Source of the DNA: Candidatus Latescibacterota bacterium
GTDB lineage: Bacteria > Krumholzibacteriota > Krumholzibacteriia > WVZY01
Length of the DNA: 64,000 nt
Assembly (NCBI GenBank): GCA_963791045.1
Contig: CAWBQK010000006.1
Location: forward strand, 96,001-160,000
Direction of reading: 5' to 3'
Under the pieces are notes generated by a model. The model was given only the letters and a program-made list of their open reading frames with translations, was not told where the DNA came from and ran no database searches. The translations under genes were made by a program, and so were the position numbers. The stretch's first letter is position 1. Each line of letters opens with the position of its first letter. Shown here piece by piece: positions 47,511 through 57,936 of this stretch.

Positions 47511-49065
47511 CTATTCGTCTTTCGCAAAGCTACCCCTCCGCGCAAGAATGAAGGCAACCACGGTACATGAGATAAACCAAAACGCGAGAATCACGGGTGG
47601 TGAATAGCGCATAAAACTGTATTTGTCGCTGTAATTATCCGCGTAGTCCGTCCCAAAGATTCCGTTCTCCACTTCGCCCCAGATCGAGTACCCCAGGACC
47701 AGCAACAGCAGGACGGGAATGACGTATTTGATTAGAACGTCGAACCACACTCCGAGTTTTATCATCGAATTTCCATTGAGGTGTGTTCGGATCTTGTCCG
47801 CTCCAAGAACCCACCCAACGAGGAGGCACTCAGAGAGCCCGACCATAAGGAGCCCGTACGAGAAAGCCCAGTGATCCATCAGGTCGAGGAGCGACAGGCC
47901 CAGCGTGCCGTTATTTTCGAGCCCCGGGATTGACGACCTGGGGAAGCGCAAAAATGGCGCTGCCGGTAAACCCGACGCCGGCGGCGATCGCGATTGTCTT
48001 TTTGCGCGTCCAACCGAACTTGTCGCGCATCGAGGAGACAAGTGCTTCAACGAGTGACACCGATGACGTCAGTCCGGCAAGAAGCAAGAGCGCAAAGAAC
48101 ACCACGCCGAAGATTGTTACCGAGTTGGAGGGAAGTTCGGCGATGCCCTGCGGTAGAACAAAAAACATCATTCCGAGTGTGCTCGCCTGCGGGACGATGG
48201 CGAATGCGAAAAGGATCGAAAATACGGCGAGACCGGCAATATAAGCGAATCCCGAGTCAAGTAGTGACGTGATCACCGAATTTGTCGTCAGATCGCTTTT
48301 TTTGGGCAAATAGGACGCATATGCGGTCATGATTCCAAACCCGAGAGACAAAGAAAAGAATGTTTGTCCAAATGCACCCTGCCAGACGGCTGGATCTTTC
48401 ATCACCTCGAAGTTTGGTGTGAAGAGAAGATAGACACCCTGCATTCCGTTCTCGAGTGTGACTCCTCTTACGATGAGGATGATCATAAAGAGCCACATGA
48501 GAGGCACGAATACCTTCGTTGCCGACTCGATCGTCTCGACACCTTTGCGGACGATAATGATATTGAACACCCATACCAGGGCGACAAAGAGGATCGGCTT
48601 CCATGTCGAGAGCATCTGAAAAAAGAACGCGTACGGGTTCGCCAGATCGCCTTCGGCCATCCCGAACGCGGGAAGCGGAAGAGACTCTTTCCATAAAGCG
48701 CCAAATGCCCCGAAAAGCATTCCGACGACCCACGAAAGAATCGTGATGTAGTACATCGTGATGAAGCCGGAGTTGAGGTTTGCCCACCAACCGACAAATT
48801 CACCCTTCTTCCCGGCGACCCGATGCAGCGATTCGGGAAATGCGCGGCCGGTGAAGTTCCCGAGGCCGAACTCGAGAATCATCACGGGTATGCCAAATAC
48901 AAATAGTGCCAGCAGATAGGGAAGATAAAAAGCGCCGCCGCCAAACTTGTAGGCGTTGGCCGAGAAGAAAACGATGTTTCCAAGGCCGATGGCGGAACCG
49001 GAAGCCGCGAGGATGAATCCGACACGAGATTTCCACTGACCGCGATGAGAGAGTTCCTGTGACAA
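47511..49065 (-). CDS. Sodium-dependent transporter, NSS/SNF family; frameshift near 47920
   Basis: W.SRVGFILAASGSAIGLGN, GGGAFYLPY, QTFFSLSLGFG, AGLTSSVSL. Confidence 0.92.
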
Positions 49066-49344
49066 AGGGTCCCCCTGGTTTGGAATAAGTCGACCCGGCG
49101 CCGCGATCGCGGCAGACGGTATTCAATAACCCATGTGGCGGAAACGAAACGACGACACTATATCGTTGACACAACACAGGTGTCAAGATGTTTAGCATTG
49201 GATAACGGATGTGGTTGCAATCGGTTCTGCGCTTTTACGGGTGTTTTGATTCGGCTTGAATTCGTATCATCTATAATAGATACTCGACATGCGGACGACT
49301 CTGGAGGGACTCCGGATGGTAGCTATTTTTGACTGGGGGGACCC

Positions 49345-50352
49345 ATGCGATTTGTTGTCTATGGCGCAGGCGCCGTCGGGAGCGTTCTCGGTGGTCACCT
49401 CGCGCTAAAAAAGCATGACGTGCTGCTCGTTTGCCGTGAACCGCACGCAAAGGCCATCAATGACAACGGCGGGTTGCGGATGAAATCGGCGACGGGTGAG
49501 TATGTCGCCGATCTCAAAGCGGTGACGGCGCTCGGCGAGGCCGATCTGCAGGGCGACGTGTGTGTGATTTTCACACCGAAATCAAATGACACCGAGAGTT
49601 GTGTGGAGACCCTCGCGGCGGTGGCTCCGCCGGATATTCCTATCGTTAGTTTTCAGAATGGAATATCCAACGAAGACATCATCGCCGGGACCTTCGAGAA
49701 TGTGTTCGGCGGGGTGTGCCGGATGACGTGCTCTCTGCTTCAGCCCGGGCACGTGTCATTTCGGAAATCGGGCCGGCTCATACGTAGGCAAACACCCGCG
49801 GGGCGCCCACAACTTTCCCAAGATGCTGGTGCCGATCTTGAACGATGCGGGTTTCGAGGTCTCCGTCTCGAAGAGTATCCTCTGCGACAAATGGCTCAAA
49901 CTCGTTGTCAATCTTCAGAGCGGGCTCAACGCGATAATTGATAATCGCGATCACGACACGTTTGAGTTTATTGAGCTGAAGGTCGGCGTACTGGAGGAAG
50001 CGAAAAAAGTTCTTCGAGCGTCAAAAAAACGGGCGAAATCGTGCGATGACAGGGACCTGTCCGTCGATGACGTGATCAACGAACTCAGGAAACCGAAAGC
50101 GCCCGGCCCGTCACGGGCGTCAGGGTCAACAATTCGACGTGGCAGAGTCTGTATCTCAAACGAAAAAAAATCGAAAATAGTTTTTTCCACGGGCCGATAA
50201 TCGAAATGGCGGCGGAAAACGATATTATGGTCCCGTTCAACGAGACGGCGCTCGCGCTCGTGAACGAGTCGTCAAACGATGACCTGGGCCCGGGCGCGTT
50301 CAGAGCGCGCGAAATCCTCAATGAAATCAAGAAGAGGGGCGGAGATAGTTGA
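49345..50352 (+). CDS. Ketopantoate reductase family protein (PanE/ApbA), with indels
   Basis: YGAGAVGS, FQNG, KWLKLVVNL, NSTWQSL. Confidence 0.8.
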
Positions 50353-52016
50353 AAGCTTTTTTGTACACTTTGATACTCACAGCCGTGCTGATTTCAGCCG
50401 TCATCTATCTTCAGTCTATCCCCGAAGAGCCGAAGCCGATCCATGGTGATGATCCCATGCCGATGAGCGTAAAAAGCGAGACGCCCGAACTGTCGTCCAT
50501 AGGCAAACAAGAGGTCGCCGTAGAGAATCGTGATGCGTTGTTCTCCACCGGTGTCGAACTTCTCGACCTGTGGCATCTCCCCGAGGCCGCTGATATTTTC
50601 GAAGCCGTCGTCGAGTTTGATTCCACGCATGTGGGGGCGTATCTCAAGCTCGTCGAATGTTACGCGCACCCGATTATGCGTCTCGAAACCAGGGCGAAGC
50701 AAAACCTCGACAACGCGCTTCGGGTCGCGAGGGATACCGGCGCGGACACGCTCTGGGCCGTAGCTCTCAGCAATCTGTTTGTTGCGGGTGAGCCCGAAGG
50801 CGCGATTGGCGCGCTCAAGAGGCTCGAACGCGAGAACAAGAATGTCGATGATGTGCTTCTTTTTCTCGGCGCCGCTCATATTGAGAACGGTGAACCCAAA
50901 GAGGCGGAGCGCTATCTTGGCGATCTTCTCGATCGCGATCCGAGCATGGGGCGAGCCAAGGAACTCTTTATCCGCTGCAAGGTGGCGGCGGGTGAACTCG
51001 AAGTCGCCGAACTTACGGCGAGGGATCTCGCGGCGCTCTATCCGGAGGAGCCTTACCCCTACGTTCTTCTCTCCCAGGTTCTTCTTCTCGAGGGCAAGGT
51101 CGACGAGGCGGTTGAGTTTGGAAACAACGCGCTTCGGCTCGACCCGAGGTACGTCCCCGCGATTGCCGCCCGGGCGCGGCTGAACGTGGCCGAAGGAGAA
51201 CTCGGAGCCGCCAGGGTGAATTTCGAAAAACTGCTTCTGTTCGACAAACCGATGCTGTCCTCATTCGGGACGGCCGGGATCGCGCATGTGGAGTTTCTTC
51301 AGGGTGATTTTGATCGGGCGGCCCGGGACATGGACGAGGCGATCCGTCTTGCGATGAGTGCGGGGTCGACGCAGTGCGGGCTGGTTCACGCCTTTCATTT
51401 GATCGGGTACCTTTGTGAACTCGGCCGGATCGATATGGCGTTGGCCGTTCTCGATAGATGGGTGACGCGTTTCGGTGACATCCCGACCCGGTTGGGGCAG
51501 ATGAGAATCCTTGTCGCCCAGGGTGACATGGCTTCCGTTCGTCACGGGCTCGACAGGATAAAAGAGGCGAGGTCGTGGCGGCATTGGATGCGCATCCTGG
51601 AGATGGATTATATAAATATCGAGGCGCTGACGATGATCCACGAGGACAATTTTGCCGGCGCTCTTGAAACGATGACCGCCGCCGAATCGGGTTTTGACAG
51701 CGGCGGGCGCCGTGCGTATCTCAGGGGCTATGCATCGTTCGAGAGTGGCGCGGCCGAGCAGGCGGCGGCCTATTTCGAAACGGCGAGGGCGCGGATGCTC
51801 GACCTCGAATTTCCCTACCTGGGCGATCCGGTATTATATGTTAAGTCGGTGTTCTTCCAGGCCGAAGTGGCGTTTGCCCGCGGTGAAGCGGATGCGGCGG
51901 GCGTGTTCTATGCGGAGTTTCTCGACATGTGGGGGGGCGCTGTGTGGAGTCTCCAGGCCGTCGACCGGGCCCGGGAAAATCTCGACACGCTTTCAGGAGC
52001 CCCATCGGACGGTTAG
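50349..52016 (+). CDS. Membrane-anchored TPR protein
   Basis: N-terminal TM, several TPR-like repeats; start overlaps the upstream stop (TTGA). Confidence 0.75.
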   Translation: MKAFLYTLILTAVLISAVIYLQSIPEEPKPIHGDDPMPMSVKSETPELSSIGKQEVAVENRDALFSTGVELLDLWHLPEAADIFEAVVEFDSTHVGAYLKLVECYAHPIMRLETRAKQNLDNALRVARDTGADTLWAVALSNLFVAGEPEGAIGALKRLERENKNVDDVLLFLGAAHIENGEPKEAERYLGDLLDRDPSMGRAKELFIRCKVAAGELEVAELTARDLAALYPEEPYPYVLLSQVLLLEGKVDEAVEFGNNALRLDPRYVPAIAARARLNVAEGELGAARVNFEKLLLFDKPMLSSFGTAGIAHVEFLQGDFDRAARDMDEAIRLAMSAGSTQCGLVHAFHLIGYLCELGRIDMALAVLDRWVTRFGDIPTRLGQMRILVAQGDMASVRHGLDRIKEARSWRHWMRILEMDYINIEALTMIHEDNFAGALETMTAAESGFDSGGRRAYLRGYASFESGAAEQAAAYFETARARMLDLEFPYLGDPVLYVKSVFFQAEVAFARGEADAAGVFYAEFLDMWGGAVWSLQAVDRARENLDTLSGAPSDG

Positions 52017-52949
52017 AGTAATCCTCGTATCGCAGTTTTTATCGAGAACGGCCGGCCCCAGCGCCGACCGCACGTACGATATGGTTTCAGTTACCGCCAA
52101 CGATCCGCCAATGCACGACCAGCTATCCTTGTGAACGACAAGCCTGCCCTTTAAAAGATAACGCCCGCCGACGATACTTGCTTCCTCGCCGTTTGGCAGC
52201 ACCGTCTTTATATTGCCGATCGGCGATTCCGTTTCGAGAAAGAGAACCAACGCGGTCGGGTCGCCAGCGCTCTCTTCGAGCCGGCAGGTCATTAGATAAT
52301 GCGGGGCAAAACCCAGCCCGGCAAAACTCGGGCACAACGCTTCCTCTTGCCAGTGGGCGCCCGTGCGGCGGTGTTCCGCGGGGATTCGAACGATCATCGA
52401 ACGCAGAATCTTGGGAAGATCGAGCCTGCTATAGAGGCCGCCGGCACATTCTGATTTCATGTGAATGATGTCCGTCGGCGTCGTGCCGTCGCCGAGGGTT
52501 ATCCGGACGGCCGGTCCCGCAAAAAGACACTCGAGCATCGCGGTGTCCTCGCCGCGGTCGCCGCCCTGGACCGCCCCGTGTTTTTGCTCCGAGACGGCAA
52601 ACAGGGTATCCCGCGACATAAATATCCGGATACGGAACGGGTATTCCTCGCGAAGCCTCAACGAATCGTTGAAAGTCCGGATCTCCACCGGGCCGCCGGT
52701 GTTGTGAATCGAAATTCGACCGAAGTGTGTAAGGGCCGATTTGAACTTCATCGTGAAGACCGAATCGGTCGGGGCGTCGAGGACGGTTTCGTTTCTCAGT
52801 TCCTCGACGGTCAATACCGTGTGTCCCAGTGGGTTGGAGTCGGACGATGACGAATGCGGAGGCGGTCCGCCGCAAGCCGCGATTCCCACACAAAGACATG
52901 CGGCGAATACTATGGCGGAGAGTGATATGATTTTTGACGTTTTGTGCAT
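51993..52949 (-). CDS. Hypothetical lipoprotein
   Basis: MHKTSKIISLSAIVFAACLCVGIAAC signal/lipobox just after the NhaC stop. Confidence 0.65.
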   Translation of the reverse strand: MHKTSKIISLSAIVFAACLCVGIAACGGPPPHSSSSDSNPLGHTVLTVEELRNETVLDAPTDSVFTMKFKSALTHFGRISIHNTGGPVEIRTFNDSLRLREEYPFRIRIFMSRDTLFAVSEQKHGAVQGGDRGEDTAMLECLFAGPAVRITLGDGTTPTDIIHMKSECAGGLYSRLDLPKILRSMIVRIPAEHRRTGAHWQEEALCPSFAGLGFAPHYLMTCRLEESAGDPTALVLFLETESPIGNIKTVLPNGEEASIVGGRYLLKGRLVVHKDSWSCIGGSLAVTETISYVRSALGPAVLDKNCDTRITLTVRWGS

Positions 52950-52960
52950 GGTTCGCGCGG

Positions 52961-54901
52961 TCACAGCACATCCGCATCCCGGTAGCTTTTCTCTGTTTTG
53001 CCAAGCCACCAGATGACGCCTGCTATCAAAATTGCGGACACGAGATACGATATTATTGGCGGGCAGTTGAATCCCGCCGGCAGGTAGCCTAAAAAGATGG
53101 CGAAGAAACCAACGACCATTGCGTAGGGAAGCTGGGTCCGGACGTGGTCTATATGGTCGGATGCGCTGGCCATCGATGACATGATAGTCGTATCCGATAT
53201 GGGCGAACAATGATCGCCGAAGACGCTTCCGGCAAGGATCGCGGCGATACTCGACAATAGAATCGCCTCGTGGGCTCCCGGCGTGACGGCGTGAAGTTCC
53301 GAAATACGGACGACGAGCGGGATGCTGATCGGCGTCAGGATCGTCATCGTTCCCCATGAAGTTCCCGTCGAAAAACTGATTCCCGCCGCAATAAGAAAAA
53401 TGATAGTGGGGAGCAGTTCCGGCGTGATAAATCCGGAGACCTTTGTGACCAGGTATTCAGGTGTTTGGAGATCCGTGCAGACGGCGCCGATGCACCATGC
53501 GAGAACGAGGATTACTATCGCGAACACCATCGAGCGAATCCCGGCGACCCATGCGCTGATCGCCTGGGTCAGCGTGGCGAGGCGTTGAACAACGCCGAGC
53601 ACAATGGCCGTCACGCACCCCGCGAGAGAACTCCACAATAGCGCAACGAACGAGTTGCTTTCACGAATGGCGTCCATCGCCGAGAATTCCGTCACCCCTG
53701 CCTCGTGAAGCGCGATCCGGCCCGTGACCACCAGCCCGACGAACGTTCCCAGGACGACGATGGCAACCGGGATCGCCGCGTTGTACCAACGCGGCGACTT
53801 CGAGGCGTTGAACTTGATTTCCGTATCGATGTTCGATAGCGGGATCGCTTTGTCCGACAGTACGCGGCCGGTGCGGCGGGCCCGGACTTCGGCTTTTAGC
53901 ATCGGCCCGAAGTCGCGTGTGGACGCGGCGACGAGAAGCCCAAAAAACAAAGTGAGGATTGGATAGAAACTGTACTGAATCGAGGCCACAAATGTCGTGA
54001 ACGGGTTGCGATCGATGCCCAGAGAGATGAAAGCGTCTTTTATAAGGCTGATCTCAAACCCGATCCAACTGGTGATAACGGCGATCACGGCAACGGGAGC
54101 CGCCGTTGAATCGACGATGTAGGAGAGTTTCTCTCGCGAAATCTTGAGCTTGTCCGTGATCGGCCGCATCGTGTTTCCGACGATCAGAGTGTTGGTGTAG
54201 TCGTCGAAAAAGATCGCGATCCCCATGAGCCAGGTCGCCAGCTGCCCGCGTCTCGGTGTGGTCGCTATTCGGGAGATTTGGTTCACCACGCCTTGCGTCC
54301 CGCCGATGCTCGAAAATACGCCGACCATTCCACCCAACAGGAGAGTGAAGATAGCGATCGAGACATGGTCGTGCCCACTCGATCCGGCGAACGCGTTTAC
54401 GACGTAATGATCGACCACATAGAAGAAGCTCCTGACGATGTTGAAATCATTAACAAAGAGTGCCCCCAGCCAGATCCCCGCAAACAACGCTATGACGACC
54501 TGCCTGAAGATAAGCGCCATCAAAATGGCGAGGAGCGGAGGGAGTACAGTGAGAAACCCGGGAAGCGCGCGAATGTTCTCGGTGGTTGATTCGTCTCCAC
54601 AGGAGACGGTCAATTGGTGCCCGCCCCCCTGTGTGACGACGATGTCGGTCACGCTCTCCGGCGCCGTGCCCGCGTGTGAAAAAACAGTCTCATTGTCCTT
54701 TTTGATTTCAAGAAAATAGGATGATGGGTCGCCGGATGTTGCTTCGACCTGGATTTCGAAAGGAATCCCCGAAATCAGGACAACCGGCTTTTTGACCGAA
54801 ATCGACTGAGATGGGGCGGCGGGGGACAATATTGGTAATAAAAAAATTATCGCTGTGAACACGGCAAAAAGAGGGAACATCGTTGTGGTTTTGGAGCGCA
54901 T
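52961..54901 (-). CDS. Na+/H+ antiporter NhaC family protein with an N-terminal extracytoplasmic domain
   Basis: FFDDYTN, SREKLSYIVDSTAAP, FSTGTSWGT, GDHCSPISDTT, DHVRTQLPY. Confidence 0.92.
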   Translation of the reverse strand: MRSKTTTMFPLFAVFTAIIFLLPILSPAAPSQSISVKKPVVLISGIPFEIQVEATSGDPSSYFLEIKKDNETVFSHAGTAPESVTDIVVTQGGGHQLTVSCGDESTTENIRALPGFLTVLPPLLAILMALIFRQVVIALFAGIWLGALFVNDFNIVRSFFYVVDHYVVNAFAGSSGHDHVSIAIFTLLLGGMVGVFSSIGGTQGVVNQISRIATTPRRGQLATWLMGIAIFFDDYTNTLIVGNTMRPITDKLKISREKLSYIVDSTAAPVAVIAVITSWIGFEISLIKDAFISLGIDRNPFTTFVASIQYSFYPILTLFFGLLVAASTRDFGPMLKAEVRARRTGRVLSDKAIPLSNIDTEIKFNASKSPRWYNAAIPVAIVVLGTFVGLVVTGRIALHEAGVTEFSAMDAIRESNSFVALLWSSLAGCVTAIVLGVVQRLATLTQAISAWVAGIRSMVFAIVILVLAWCIGAVCTDLQTPEYLVTKVSGFITPELLPTIIFLIAAGISFSTGTSWGTMTILTPISIPLVVRISELHAVTPGAHEAILLSSIAAILAGSVFGDHCSPISDTTIMSSMASASDHIDHVRTQLPYAMVVGFFAIFLGYLPAGFNCPPIISYLVSAILIAGVIWWLGKTEKSYRDADVL

Positions 54902-55385
54902 CCTCTTCTCCATTGTAGTGGTTATGGAGTCTGTTTTTTTGACATCGCGTGTTGTAGCGAATGCGAAGAATACCAGAACGGAGAGACAACTGCAAGTTGC
55001 TTGAACGCGTAAAGACGTTCGTATCAAGCGATAGTGTGAGGCTACGTGGTACGCTGATTGCATTTGATTATGTGCAACATCAGGGAGTGCAAAGTGAATG
55101 ATTACGTTTCAATACCAACATCAGAGTGTTCAATTCCTTGTCAACATCGTTGGGTAATGAATCAATCGTGATGATTTGGCCGTTCAGATCCCCCAAACTT
55201 TTTTGAATATTTTTTTAGAAAGGTGAAAAAAATCTTGACACTTTTTTACTGAATAGCTTTTCATCACAAAATGAGACGTTGCAAAGGGCAACGTCGGGAG
55301 TTGTCAGTTGAGTGGTTTGACAGGTGGAGATAAAACGACGATGATCGTCGACTCTCCCTCACCCTCACTCAAGGAAGGATCAAAC

Positions 55386-55802
55386 ATGGCAGTGAAGAAG
55401 AAAAAGGCGAAGGCCAAAACCAAGGTGAAAGCCAAGGGTAAGGCCAAGCGCAAGACCAAGGCCAAGGCGAAGGCCAAGAAGAAAGCCAAGGCTAAGACCA
55501 AGGTCAAAGCCAAACGTAAGGTCAAAGCGAAAGCCAAGCGTAAGGTCAAAGCGAAAGCCAAACGCAAGGTCAAAGCAAAAGCCAAGCGCAAGGTCAAAGC
55601 GAAAGCCAAGCGTAAGACCAAGGCTAAAGCCAAGCGTAAGACCAAGGCTAAAGCCAAGCGTAAGACCAAGGCTAAAGCCAAGCGTAAGACCAAGGCTAAA
55701 GCCAAGCGCAAGACCAAGGCTAAAGTGAAGAGAAAAGCTAAAGCCAAGGCCAAACCGAAGCGCAAAGCCAAAGCCAAGAAAAAAGCCAAGACCCGCAAGT
55801 AG
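55386..55802 (+). CDS. Histone H1-like Lys/Ala-rich nucleoid protein (138 aa)
   Basis: AAGGAAGG RBS; almost entirely K/A/R/T/V; synonymous variation between repeat units; own terminator. Confidence 0.8.
   Translation: MAVKKKKAKAKTKVKAKGKAKRKTKAKAKAKKKAKAKTKVKAKRKVKAKAKRKVKAKAKRKVKAKAKRKVKAKAKRKTKAKAKRKTKAKAKRKTKAKAKRKTKAKAKRKTKAKVKRKAKAKAKPKRKAKAKKKAKTRK
55493..55725 (+). repeat. 24-bp coding tandem repeat (KAKAKRK[V/T] octapeptide)
   Basis: Consecutive AAGGTCAAAGCGAAAGCCAAGCGT and AAGACCAAGGCTAAAGCCAAGCGT units. Confidence 0.85.
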
Positions 55803-55835
55803 CGGTGTCGTCAGGCCAGCTGGTCAACTAGGCTA

Positions 55836-55889
55836 GGCAAAAAAAAGATGAGGAAGAGGGAGGAGCACCTCTTCCTCTTCTTTTTTGCC
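55836..55889 (+). terminator. Intrinsic terminator after the H1-like gene
   Basis: GAGGAAGAGG/CCTCTTCCTC stem, T-run. Confidence 0.8.
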
Positions 55890-56078
55890 CCCGATTTGAG
55901 CCCCTCGATATTCCCCGTTACTGCCAGTCGCCATTGGGTTTGCCGGGTTTCGCGCTTGACTTGAACCGCGGAATTAGCCTATAAGTTAGCGAGATTTTTT
56001 GTTGAGTTTTTTTAGCGCGCCGAGCCCGTGGAGTCAGGTGACGCGCATCAGACTATCCTTAAAGGGGAGGTGATCGCG

Positions 56079-56624
56079 ATGCCATACGTCCCAGCTGAAC
56101 TTTGTCTCACCAAAGGCAGGGGCACGCACCGTGAAAGACTCACGAGCTTTGAGCTCGCGCTTCGTGACGCGGGGATCGCGTCATTCAACCTGGTGTCCGT
56201 CTCGAGTATCGTTCCGCCCAACTGCAAACTTCTACCCGCAAAGCGGGGGCTTGCCAGTCTCACCCCCGGCGAGATCGTCCACTGCGTACTTGCGAAAAGC
56301 CAGACGAACGAAGCCAATCGTCTGATCGCGTCATCAATCGGCGTGGCTATCCCTAAAGACCGAAGCAGATACGGGTATTTGTCTGAGCATCACATTTTTG
56401 GCCAGAATCATCGCCAGGCGAGCGATTATGCCGAGGATCTTGCCGCGTCGATGTTGGCATCCACGCTGGGTATCGAAATCGATCTCGATCAGGCGTGGGA
56501 CGAGCGCAGGGAACAGTGGAAAATCGCAGGGCACATTGTCAAGACGACGAACATCACGCAGACGGCTACGGGGATGAATGGTCTGTGGACGTCGGTCGTG
56601 TCCGCAGCGGTTTTTTGCGGCTAG
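56079..56624 (+). CDS. pdaD: Pyruvoyl-dependent arginine decarboxylase
   Basis: SFELALRDAGI..FNLVSVSSIVPP (Ser-Ser self-cleavage site), GYLSEHH, AEDLAASML. Confidence 0.9.
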   Translation: MPYVPAELCLTKGRGTHRERLTSFELALRDAGIASFNLVSVSSIVPPNCKLLPAKRGLASLTPGEIVHCVLAKSQTNEANRLIASSIGVAIPKDRSRYGYLSEHHIFGQNHRQASDYAEDLAASMLASTLGIEIDLDQAWDERREQWKIAGHIVKTTNITQTATGMNGLWTSVVSAAVFCG

Positions 56625-56650
56625 CGCATTGCCACCGGAAGGAAGATATC

Positions 56651-57538
56651 GTGAGTGAAGATCGCCCCGGTTTTCTCGAAGACAAGCTCGACGGGTTTTA
56701 TCTGTCGCGCGGTGAGAATCAATACGTGGTGTCCCTCGTTCCATACGAGGAAACGACGACTTACAAGACGGGGACCCGTTTCGGTCCGAAGGCCATTGTC
56801 GATGCGTCGGGTCATATGGAGAGCCTCGACGAAACGCTCAGGGTCGATGCCTCCCGGTTTGGAATCCTCACGCTTGAACCCGAAATCACCGATCTGGGTT
56901 CGATAACCCGCCATACAGCCGATGCGGTTAACGCCCACGAAGGCGCGTTCCATGGTTTTCTCGGCGGCGAGCACTCGGTTACGCCGGCCATCCTGGAGGG
57001 GCTCCAGAAACAAAACATGGGGATCGTATGGATCGACGCTCATGCCGATCTTCGCCGGGAGTACCGCGGTCGTGAGGACAATCATGCCTGCGCGGGGTTC
57101 AACAGCCTCGGGTTCGGCCCAATCGTTCAGTGCGGTATTCGGAGTCTTTGCGCGGAAGAGGCCGAATATCTGAACACATCGGACAGGGTGAAATCCTTCA
57201 GGTACTGGAACGACCAGGTCAAGGATGCCATCCGCGGACTTCCCAGGGATGTCTATCTGACCATCGATATGGATGGATTCTCGCCGACGCTTGTGCGCGG
57301 GGTCGGCACGCCCGAACCCGGCGGATTGTCGTGGGAGATGATGATGGAAATTCTTGATTTCCTCTTCGAGGAAAAAGAGGTGTTCGCGTACGACGTCGTC
57401 GAACTCTTGCCGCACGAGGACGATGCCGTGTCAAGCTACACGGCGGCCCGTCTCGTCTACAAGATCATGAACTATCACACTTATTACAAACTCAAGGGCA
57501 GAGTTCCGCCCCACGCGGACGGGACGTCCGAGGAGTAA
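56651..57538 (+). CDS. speB: Agmatinase
   Basis: GTRFGP, GGEHS, DAHADLR, TIDMDG, GTPEPGG; follows pdaD. Confidence 0.9.
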   Translation: MSEDRPGFLEDKLDGFYLSRGENQYVVSLVPYEETTTYKTGTRFGPKAIVDASGHMESLDETLRVDASRFGILTLEPEITDLGSITRHTADAVNAHEGAFHGFLGGEHSVTPAILEGLQKQNMGIVWIDAHADLRREYRGREDNHACAGFNSLGFGPIVQCGIRSLCAEEAEYLNTSDRVKSFRYWNDQVKDAIRGLPRDVYLTIDMDGFSPTLVRGVGTPEPGGLSWEMMMEILDFLFEEKEVFAYDVVELLPHEDDAVSSYTAARLVYKIMNYHTYYKLKGRVPPHADGTSEE

Positions 57539-57552
57539 ACCCCGTTTCACCG

Positions 57553-57897
57553 TCAATTCTTGTTTCGATACATCAGGTATATTCCGATGACGATGACGAT
57601 AATCGGAAACAGCGGAATATTGAGCCATCCCATCGATAAAGCCAGCCAAAGAATGCCGACAATCAAAATGATGGTTCCACCCCTGAATGTCTTGAAAAGA
57701 TTCGTGACCCGGCCCTTTGTGTCTTCCGGGTTGTCTTTAATACGCTCGAAAGTACTCTCAAGCTGTTTGACTCCATCGGACATCGTTTTGGAGAACTTGT
57801 CCGCCACTTCATCGAGCTTGTCCTCGAATCCCTTTTTTGCTCCCGCCTCCTGCTCAGGTCCTTTTGTTTCCTGATCTTCGGGTCCTTTTGTCTCCAT
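57553..57897 (-). CDS. Hypothetical membrane protein (charged N-terminus, two C-terminal TM segments)
   Basis: 114 aa ORF with AAGGAA RBS. Confidence 0.7.
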   Translation of the reverse strand: METKGPEDQETKGPEQEAGAKKGFEDKLDEVADKFSKTMSDGVKQLESTFERIKDNPEDTKGRVTNLFKTFRGGTIILIVGILWLALSMGWLNIPLFPIIVIVIGIYLMYRNKN

Positions 57898-57936
57898 GGG
57901 GGTTCCTTTCCAAGAAGCGGGCTGCCCGTGGTTACG

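Noticed and set aside
52950-53357. N-terminal 136 aa of ORF 51993..53357
   Set aside because: Overlaps the NhaC gene in another frame; the lipoprotein signal begins at Met 52949.
55493-55725. Tandem repeats as a possible CRISPR array
   Set aside because: Units are contiguous 24-mers with no unique spacers, vary at synonymous positions, and no cas genes are present.
55304-55798. 164-aa LALALVLR-repeat 'membrane protein' ORF on the minus strand
   Set aside because: It is the antisense mirror of the Lys/Ala repeat gene; the RBS and terminator support the plus strand.
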